Below are positions 22,971 through 32,000 of a stretch of 32,000 nt of DNA, piece after piece. Source of the DNA: Ureaplasma parvum serovar 3 str. ATCC 27815 (GTDB lineage Bacteria > Bacillota_I > Bacilli_A > Mycoplasmatales > Mycoplasmoidaceae); the NCBI RefSeq assembly GCF_000019345.1, contig NC_010503.1, forward strand, positions 300,001 through 332,000, in the 5' to 3' direction. Position 1 is the first letter of the stretch. Every line of letters starts with the position of its first letter. The notes beneath the pieces were generated by a model. It was not told the origin of the DNA. It worked only from the letters and a program-made list of their open reading frames with translations, and did no database searches. The translations under genes were made by a program, and so were the position numbers.

Positions 22971-24707
22971 ATGAAAGTTTATTGTGGTTATATTGGTGAA
23001 GAACATTTAGAAAAAAATGTTATTTTAAATGGTTGAGTAAAAAAAGTTCGTAAAATGGGTAATTTAGTTTTTGTTGACCTAAAAGATCGATTTGGAATTG
23101 TACAAATTTTTGCAACAAAAAGTGATGGTGTTTTTAATGAATTAACACAACTTTCACGTGAGGATGTAATTAATGTTGAAGGTTTAGTTTTGTTGAGAAA
23201 AAACCCTAATAATGATTTAAAAACAGGTAGATTTGAAATTCATGTCAAAAAAATACTTATTTATTCAAAAGCAAAAACACCACCATTAATTATTGAAGAT
23301 GAAACTGATGCAAATGAGGAAATTCGTTTTAGATATCGTTATTTAGATTTACGTCGTGATGTTAATTTAAAAATTTTTGAATTGCGAAGTAAAGTTTACC
23401 AAGCTTTTAGAAATTACTTATATTCACAAGACTTTATTGAAACTGAAACTCCTATTTTAGCAAAACCAACGCCAGAAGGTGCACGAGATTTTTATGTGCC
23501 AACAAGAACTAGAAAATTTTATGCTTTACCACAATCACCTCAAACTTTTAAACAATTATTAATGGTTGCGGGTTTTCAAAAATATTTTCAAATTACAAAA
23601 TGTTTTCGTGATGAAGATTTAAGAAGCGATCGTCAACCAGAATTTACTCAAGTTGATATAGAATTATCATTTGCTGATGAAATAGAAATTCAGACATTAA
23701 TTGAAAATTTATTAAAATATGTTTTTAAACAAACCATTAATGTTGATTTAACAACTCCTTTTATGCGAATGAGTTATGAGCAAGCGATAAATGATTATGG
23801 TAGTGATAAACCAGATTTACGTTTTGATTTGAAAATTAAAACACTTAACACATATTTTGAAAATTCAAAAACATTATTTTTTCAAAAAGCACTTTTAAAT
23901 AATCAAAGTATTCGTGCAATTTTAGTACCTAATATTAATTTAAATAAAAAACAAGTACAAACTCTTGAAAAGTTTGCCAAAGACAAAGGTGCTAAAGGTT
24001 TAAGTTGAATAAGTATTAAAGATGAAAAAATTATAGATGGTTCGTTATTATCAATTCAAGAAGATCATATAATTTATAAAACGATTTTTAAAGACTTTAA
24101 TTTATCAACTGGATCAATTTTATTAGTTGCTGATACTTTTGATATTGCATCTCAAGCATTAGGTTTAGTACGTATAAATTTAGCATCTATTCTTAATTTA
24201 AAAAAACCCAATATTTTTAAATTTGTTTGAATTATTGATTGACCATTATATGAATATGATAATGAGGCTCAACGTTTTGTTGCTGCACACCATCCTTTCA
24301 CAATGCCAACTTTAGAAACATTAAATACTTTTGATGTAAATAAAAAAGACGCTAGAGGTCGTAGTTATGATATTGTTTTAAATGGTTATGAATTAGGTGG
24401 AGGATCAGTTCGGATTATAGACCAACAAATTCAACGCCGTATGTTTAAATCAATTAATATGAGTGATGAAGAGGCTAATTTAAAATTCGGTTTTTTACTA
24501 ACTGCATTCGAATATGGTGTTCCGCCACATTGTGGAATTGCTTTGGGTTTAGATCGTTTGATGATGATTTTAGTGAATAGTGAATATATTCGCGATGTTG
24601 TTGCATTTCCTAAGAATAACAACGGCGTTGATATGATGTTAGACGCACCATCTAACATGAATGATGAAGATTTAAAAGAATTAGGTTTAAAAATAAAAAA
24701 TGATTAA
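22971..24707 (+). CDS. aspS: Aspartyl-tRNA synthetase
   Basis: 578 aa with TGA=Trp. RYRYLDLRRD, ETPILAKPTPEGARDF, YALPQSPQTFKQLLM, FRDEDLRSDRQPEFTQVDIE, GLDRLMMI. Confidence 0.94.
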
Positions 24708-25536
24708 TAAAAAGATAAAGATTAACCCAAATATAACATATTTTAAACAAAAAATTTCTAATTATCATGAGCATTTGTTAGTTTGAAATGATTTATATGA
24801 TAAATTAATTTCATTGACTAATAATATTATTGTTGATAAAAATAACAAAAATATTTATCATCAAAACGACAAACAAATTTTTGATTTTACTTTATGTTTA
24901 TCTGGTCTTTTGTCTAAAACTTTAGGTTTAAATCATAAATCATCTTCGCTTTATTTAACAAATGATGATGAAGTAGCGCATCGTTTTAAGATTAAAGTTT
25001 TGCATAATTATTTTAATTTATATAATATTGAAGAATTTTTTACGTTTATGGATAATCAAATTCCTTTAGAAAATGCAAAAAATATTGCACGTTTAAGTTT
25101 AATTTATGATTTAAAACAACATGAAAATATTTTAAAAACTATATCGAATGAAGGTTTAGAAAATATTGATTTAGAATTTGCTTTCATTAATTTTTTAAGA
25201 GCAAAAATCTCTATTAATTTTGCCTATAGTTATGATATTTCTGAAGTAATTTTATTGTTGCGAACAGGGCTAGATTTACATTTTTTAGAAAATGAGCATT
25301 TTAGTAATCTTATACCAGTTTTTGGATTAGAAACAATTAAATATTTCAAGAATTGAAAAGAATTTTTAATTAACTATGTTATGACCGTTGCATATCATAA
25401 TTTAGATATTAATGACCCTAAAAATGTTCTTTTAGCAACGCAAAAATTCTTTAATCATATTAATGAAATAATTATTGATTATGGTTTAGATAAACGTGAT
25501 CAATGAATTAAAAAAATTATTCCTTTTGAAGAATAA
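24700..25536 (+). CDS. Hypothetical cytoplasmic protein
   Basis: 278 aa with TGA=Trp; overlaps the end of aspS by 8 nt. No motif I can assign. Confidence 0.7.
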
Positions 25537-25576
25537 TTATAGTAAAATAAGAAAGTCAATAGAGAGAGATAAATTT

Positions 25577-26074
25577 ATGATTAAGAGTATTTGAATTGCT
25601 GGAGGTTGTTTTTGAGGTATTCAAAAATATTTTGATAGCATTATTGGTGTTAATCATACAGTTGTTGGTTATAGTCAAGGAAACGTTATTAATCCAAGTT
25701 ATGAACAAGTTTGCACTCAAACAACCAACCATACAGAAACTGTTCAAATCGATTATGATGATCGTTTTGTTAGTTTAATAAGTATTTTAGAACATCTTTA
25801 TCAAATCATTGATCCTTTTAGTTTAAATAAGCAAGGCGATGATGTTGGTAGTCAATACCGTAGTGGTATTTATTATGTGGATCACGATGATGAGTTTATT
25901 ATTAAAGATTTTTTATTAAAAAAACAAAATCAAACACCAAAAAAAATTATGATTGAAGTTGAAAGATTACGCAATTTTAATATTGCTGAAGAATACCATC
26001 AAAAATATTTAGATAAAAATCCTAATAGTTATTGTCATGTTGATTTATCATTATCTAAAAAAGAATTCAGATAA
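25577..26074 (+). CDS. msrA: Peptide-methionine (S)-S-oxide reductase
   Basis: IWIAGGCFWGIQKYFDSI, VVGYSQGNVINPSYEQVC, DPFSLNKQGDDVGSQYRSGIYY. Confidence 0.93.
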
Positions 26075-26077
26075 AAA

Positions 26078-26108
26078 CCAGGCGTTTTTGCGTCTGGTTT
26101 TTATATTT
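26078..26108. terminator. Probable bidirectional terminator between msrA and the convergent TetR gene
   Basis: aaaaccaggcgtttttgcgtctggttttt: A-rich 5' side and T-rich 3' side. Confidence 0.75.
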
Positions 26109-26109
26109 T

Positions 26110-26700
26110 TTAATCATTAATATTATTACAAGATTGATATTTCTCTAATTTTTTAATAACATTATCTTTTAAAACGTTAGTTAAAAATACCGCCATATCA
26201 TGAATTGATTCTTTAGCACCATTTTTTAACCATTGCATTCTAATATTACAAAAAAATCCTGTTAAATAATTAATTAAATATTTATCAATTGAATTATTTG
26301 ACATATTACCTATAGCATAAAAACCACTTTCAGTGGTTAAATCAACAATTAATCCACTAAAATTATTTTTATCTAAGATTAGAAAATATTCTTTGAATTC
26401 TAAACTAATTTGTAATGAAATTTCATAAAATTTAGTAAAACCAACTTCATCAAAATTGATATTTAGGTTATTATTTATTAATTTACTTACAACTTTCCAA
26501 TTATAAATATTTTTAATAAAATAATTAATAATCGAAATTTTATCACTAAAATTACGATAATATGAAGGTCGCGAAACATCTGCAACCTCAATAATTTGTG
26601 AAATTTTAATTTTGTTAAATGAATTGGTTTTCAACAAATTAAATAAAGCTGAAACAATTTTTAATTTAACTTTTGAAATTTTAATTTTTTCTACTGCCAT
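26110..26700 (-). CDS. TetR/AcrR family transcriptional regulator
   Basis: N-terminal HTH region FNKIKISQIIEVADVSRPSYYRNFSDKISIINYF. Confidence 0.8.
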   Translation of the reverse strand: MAVEKIKISKVKLKIVSALFNLLKTNSFNKIKISQIIEVADVSRPSYYRNFSDKISIINYFIKNIYNWKVVSKLINNNLNINFDEVGFTKFYEISLQISLEFKEYFLILDKNNFSGLIVDLTTESGFYAIGNMSNNSIDKYLINYLTGFFCNIRMQWLKNGAKESIHDMAVFLTNVLKDNVIKKLEKYQSCNNIND

Positions 26701-26706
26701 TTATTT

Positions 26707-27180
26707 TTATAAATTATTTTTAATAAATTCTTCTAAATCATTTGGTTCACATTTTGATTCAAAACGTCCAATAATTTCATCATTTTTAACAAAAAATTTC
26801 TCAAAATTTCATTTTACTGCTTTTGCTTTTGGACTTCATGGATACTCAGTAATTAATTGTTTGTATAATGGAGAAATATTAGAACCTACAACATTAGTTA
26901 GATCCATTATTGGAAAAGTAACATTGTATTTTGTTGAACAAAATTCCTTTATTTTATTATTGTCATCAAATTCTTGAAACATAAATTGACGGCAAGGAAA
27001 AGCGACAATGATGAATCCTTTATTCTTATATTTTTTGTATAAATATTCTAATTGTTCATATTGTTTAGCGTATCCACATTTACTTGCTACATTAACAATT
27101 AAGACTAGTTTATTCTTAACTTTTGATCAATTAAACAATTTTTTATCGATATCTAAGACCGGATAATCACTTAATTTCAT
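26707..27180 (-). CDS. Glutathione peroxidase family protein
   Basis: Manual translation across TGA=Trp: MKLSDYPVLDIDKKLFNWSKVKNKLVLIVNVASKCGYAKQYEQLEYLYKKYKNKGFIIVAFPCRQF...VKWNFEKFFVKNDEIIGRF. Absent from the ORF track on this strand. Confidence 0.88.
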
Positions 27181-27516
27181 ATTTAGCCTTTCCATATTTT
27201 AATGTAAAACATTGAAATTATACTCTAAATTTAACAATATTATATACTAGTTAGTTTTTGTAATATTTATTATAAAGTATAAGATGGAATCTAAGTATCT
27301 ATTAAAACATTAGTTGCTTTTGATATTTAATAAAAAATATTAAAAAAAGTTATGATATTATTTTTGCTAAAATATATTAGGTAATTATTAAAAATAAAAA
27401 GATGTTTAAAGATTTTTTGTAATTTATTTACTAGATCTTTGTCTATCTTATTTTTACTATATTATTGTTTTTATAAATGTCCATTTTAAAACAAATTACG
27501 TTAGGAAGTGTTCAAT

Positions 27517-30500
27517 ATGGATAAAAAAAGTAAGAAAATTCTAGGATTAAGTGTTGCTTCAATTATTGCAGCACTTGCGATTATTGCTCCATCTACTTAT
27601 TTTGGTTTACAAAAACAAGAAGAGGGTAAAAAAGATATTAATTTAGATAATGTTACGCGAAAAATACCTGGTGAAACTAAAGATGATATCAAAGTTGAAG
27701 ATTTAAATAATATTAATGATCAAAATACAGATCTTAAACTTGATTTTAGTAAGGTAAGTATTAAACCCCAAACAAAAATTAATTATTTAGCGATTGGTGA
27801 TTCAATCACAGCTGGTTTTAATTCAGAATTAGGTTGAGAAGCCCCAGGTCGCTATGATCCAATAACTAATAAAATTAGTGGATTAAGTTTTCCTTCATTT
27901 ATTGCGCAATACATAAATAAAGTTGAACCAAATCGTTTAGCTTCTTATGAAAATTTAGGAATCACAGGATCACGCATCGAAGACTGATTATATATGTTAG
28001 GTGCTGGAAGTGATGAGTATTTTAAAAATCAAGAATATAGATTTTTTGATTTTTCTAAACAAATGGATCAACAAAAAGATAATCCTTTTAAAAACCGTTT
28101 ATCAAAGTTTTTTAAAAATTTTGGTTATGATTCAAAATTAACACCAAAAAATAATCATGAAGTTAATATTAATGATTTTAATGGTTTAAAAGAGCAAATT
28201 AAAAAAGCTAATTTAATGACAATCACCTTAGGTGCTAATGATTTTTTAAGATATTTAGACATTCCAAAACTTGTTAGTTTAACAAATTTGAAAGGTAATG
28301 ATTTAGAAATAAAAGTTAAAGAGTTCGAAAATAATTTACAAAAGGCATCTTTAGAAATTACAAAAAATCTAAAGAAATTAATCGCTCTTATTCGTACTTT
28401 AAATTCTAATGTATCTATTACATTAGTAAGTTATCCATTACCACTATTACGTTTACAAGATGTAATAGATAGTTCATTTAAATTAACAAATAAACGTCGT
28501 TTAAGTGATGAAATTATAAATATTCTAAATAGTGCCATTAAAAAAACATATGATTTAAATAATAATATCAACTATATCGATGCTTTTGATGAGAATGATT
28601 GAAAAGAAAACAGTTTTAATTTTGCAAAAGCAATTTTTGATATTCATCCAACTGAATTAGGATATAAACGGATGGCTCAAGATATTTTTCTAAAAATGTC
28701 TTTGGGACAAAATTACGCTCAGCAAAAAACTGCTTCTATTGCAAATGCTATTTATGATGCATGAGATAGTGAATATTTTAATAAAGATAGCGATAGTTTT
28801 AAACAACAAATTGGTTTTGCTAATAACACAAATCAAGATCTAGTAGAAAAAACTTTAGGTTCTTCAAAAGGTGCGGCATTTTGAGCGAAAACTGCTCTTG
28901 AAAATGATGAAGAATTACGTAAATCCTTTTCTAATTTTAAAAATACCTCAACAATTGTTAAAGATTGATTAATTTCAAATAAACGACGTTTTGGGAGTTT
29001 TGTTAATTTAATTACTTCAAATTTAACATCATTAGGATTAGATAAAAATGGATATATCAGTCAATTTTTATCAAAAAAAGATGCTGATAACACTAATAAT
29101 TTATATAAATTAGCATCAGCTTTAGCATCAACACCATATATTGATATGGTTATTTCTGGAATTCAAAATGATTTAGATAATTTAGATTTAGATAAAAATA
29201 ATATAATTGGGACACAAAATATTTCTAAAAAAATTTTATATGATGTTTTTAGAAAAAATATTATCAATGATCAGAATTTATATGAATTAATTAAAGGAAT
29301 GTTTCATTCTCAGCTATTCAATGAAAATAAATCTCAAATTAAATCTTTAATAAAAGCTTTATTAAGTGATTTGGTTAGTTCCCATAAATTATTAGAAATA
29401 ATTTTTGGTGAATTTGCAACTGATAATTTAAAGAATAATAATGAATTCTTAAAAAATTTACTAATAATCCAAAATAAATTAACTCAAACAAAATCACTAG
29501 ATAACATTATTAATGTTTTTGTAGATGCTTTGTTTGATAATGATAATGAATATTTATTGCAGGGTCCTTTATCAAATGTTTTAGCAAAAATTGTTAAGAC
29601 TAATAAAGCATTGTTAACAACTAGAATTGACAATTTATTTAATGATTTATTTAAAGATCAAACAACATTAGATGCAACTTATAACATTCTAATAAGAGTT
29701 TTAGGCCAAAATATTCCTGATTTTATAAAAACTCCGCAAGCATCTTTAATAATTAAAAAAATTTTATCAAAAGGTACAAATTTAAAATTAATAAACACTT
29801 TAAAATTAAATACGATTGATTTATTAACTGATTCAAAAACATATGCTGGCATATTTGATTCATCAGAAACTTCAATTATCAATCTTATTCAAAAATCCAT
29901 CGATTTTACTTCAAAATCATTTATTAGCGATGTTTTAGATTTATTAACATCAGATAATGTTGATTTAAACGAATGAAAAGAATTTATTAAAACAATTTTA
30001 AACTCTTCAACAATTAAAAATATATTTAATTATGGTATTGTTAATTTAGTTTCTTCTAATACCACACCATTAAAAACCAGTCATTTTGATTTTAATGTTT
30101 TATTAAAAAATTTAATTGCTGTTTTAGAGGAAAAAGATTGAACAACCAACCAAAAAACAAAATTAAAAAGCCTTTTAAGAATGAGTGTTGATGAATTATT
30201 AAAAAATCCACAAACTCAAAATTTTGTTACTTCTATAGAAGATTTTATTGCTAATAAATTAGGCGATCTGGTAATTAGTGCAAATAATAGTTTACTAAAA
30301 TCAAATATGTCTGATATTTGAAAACTAATCAAAGAAGTTGTTCATGACTTAATTCATAGTTCTGAATCATATGATCTAATATTTTCAATTATTAATGACT
30401 TTATTGATCATCCACAAAATTATGATAATTTAAATAATATTAATGATTTATTACCATTAATTTTAAAATCTACAAATAAAGAACTTCAAGATAAGGTTGA

Positions 30501-32000
30501 TATATTATTTAAAAAACTTATTAACAATGAAAATATACCAAATTTAGTAGGAACATTAACAACAAATTTAATTGTCAAAAACTTCTTTGTTAAAGAATTA
30601 ACAGTAGATCAAAAACAAAAGATTAATAATTTTATCACTAATATTTTGCCAACAATACCTAATTTAACTTTATATAAAGAAATCCGAAAACAAGCTTTTG
30701 AATTTTTAACAAACAATATTAATAAAATTTTAGTGGATCCTAAAAACACTTTATTAATATTAAATGATGGGATTAACAAATTATTATCAAACATATTGCC
30801 ACAATTATCAACCCTGATTGAATTAATTGATAACGATAAAATTAAAGATCAAGATTTTATTGATGTTATTAAAATATTTATAGACAATTTAGATTTTAAT
30901 AAATTATTTGTCAATATAAAGTCTAATAATAACCAAACAACAGATAGTACTACTTTAAATCAATTTTATTTTAAATTTAAATTAAATTTAGAACCTAAAA
31001 AATTAATTTTCGATTTAATAAAAAATCTTTTGAATTCACCAATTTTAAAAGTAAATGATAATAAAAATAATAAAATTAAGATTGAATCTAATAAAGCTAA
31101 AATTAAGTCTATTCTAACAACTAGTGTTACAAACATTTTTGAAAATTCTAATCTTATGAATTTTTTTAATAATCAATTATCACAATTATTTAGTTCAATT
31201 GATTTATTTAAAAATTTAAATTTATCAAATCAACAACGTTTAAACTTTGCTAAGGCTATTGTTGAATTATTAAATAAAGAAAAATTATTATCAAATTTAA
31301 TTAATGTTTTAATAACTAACTTAATTGATCACGCTGATGAATATGCTGAAGCAACAGATTTAGCAACAATTTTATCATTAACAATAAAATATAATCAAAA
31401 TGAATTAAAAAATGCGTTTGATAAATTATTAATAGGAACTTTAAAAAATGATAATCTTCAAGATTTAATTTTACGTATTTTTGTTAAATTAATTAATCCT
31501 AACAAGTCTTATGATTCAATTAGTGTAGTTTCAATTAATAAATTGAAAACATTTATATCAAAATTTGCTACAGGAATTAGTAAATTGGATTTATATCAAC
31601 AATTAAAAAATTCAATATTTACAGTTTTTTCTAACAAAACAAAAATGCAACAATTATTATCAAATGATGTGAGTGTAATAAATAAAACACTACTAGAAGC
31701 ATTTAACATTGACACACCAGAAAAAGTTTTGAAAATTAGTAGTTTATTAGATATTAATGAAATTGATGCTCGTGATTATGCTGATATTATTGAAATTATT
31801 TTAGTTGAAATTGGTTTTAATGTTACAAGTATTCAAAATAATGATGTTAATAATAATTTGAAAACAATTGATAAAAAAACAAATGATTTTGCTTTTCAAA
31901 TTTTGAAAAAAGCTTTAAATAATGGTGTTAGTGATCAACAATTACAAAAAATTAAAAATGTTGTTAATTATTTATTAGATGATATTGTTAAAATTCATGA
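27517..32000 (+). CDS. Very long SGNH/GDSL hydrolase family protein with helical C-terminal extension (truncated by window edge)
   Basis: Open for at least 1,494 codons with TGA=Trp. N-terminal TM; INYLAIGDSITAGF, TITLGANDFLRY and FDIHPTELGYKRMAQ give the SGNH blocks; gtgttcaATATG start with ggaag upstream. Confidence 0.88.

Noticed and set aside
24431-25747. Minus-strand ORFs 24431-24658 and 25556-25747
   Set aside because: Antisense to aspS and msrA respectively; no independent support.
26612-26977. Plus-strand ORF of 121 aa
   Set aside because: It spans the start of the TetR gene and most of the glutathione peroxidase gene on the opposite strand, both of which have clear family motifs.
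1-32000. Apparent fragmentation of valS, argS, relA, pyrG, hisS, aspS and others into several ORFs, suggesting pseudogenes
   Set aside because: Every break I followed is an in-frame TGA, usually at a conserved Trp (e.g. SDPWPKK in TrmB, GGCFWG in MsrA). This is genetic code 4, not decay.
1-32000. CRISPR array, IS element, prophage, toxin-antitoxin or defence island
   Set aside because: No spaced direct repeats, transposase/recombinase, capsid or nuclease motifs were seen on either strand.

Overview
This is a roughly 75% AT Mollicutes chromosome segment, probably Spiroplasma-like (inference). In-frame TGA codons sit at conserved Trp positions throughout, so UGA = Trp (code 4). Many entries in the supplied ORF track are therefore fragments of longer genes, and I rebuilt these across TGA. 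Most of the window is housekeeping: P-type ATPase, yneF-like, engB, valS, trmL, trmB, tRNA-His, HIT protein, nicotinate phosphoribosyltransferase, rpsU, argS, a PGK-like protein, M42 peptidase, deoD, HU-like protein, relA/spoT, pyrG, hisS, aspS, msrA, a TetR regulator, glutathione peroxidase, and a very long SGNH/GDSL hydrolase that runs off the right edge. I found no CRISPR array, IS element or prophage. The most interesting observations are: (1) a CTP synthase whose glutaminase domain has lost the nucleophilic Cys (to Gly) and the catalytic His (to Asn), while the synthetase domain looks intact; (2) a HemW-like radical-SAM protein with CxxxCxxS instead of CxxxCxxC; (3) a PGK-like protein with altered nucleotide/phosphate-binding motifs; (4) a membrane protein with 12 + 5 near-perfect 10-residue repeats; (5) a cysteine-free SGNH hydrolase of at least 1,494 codons.
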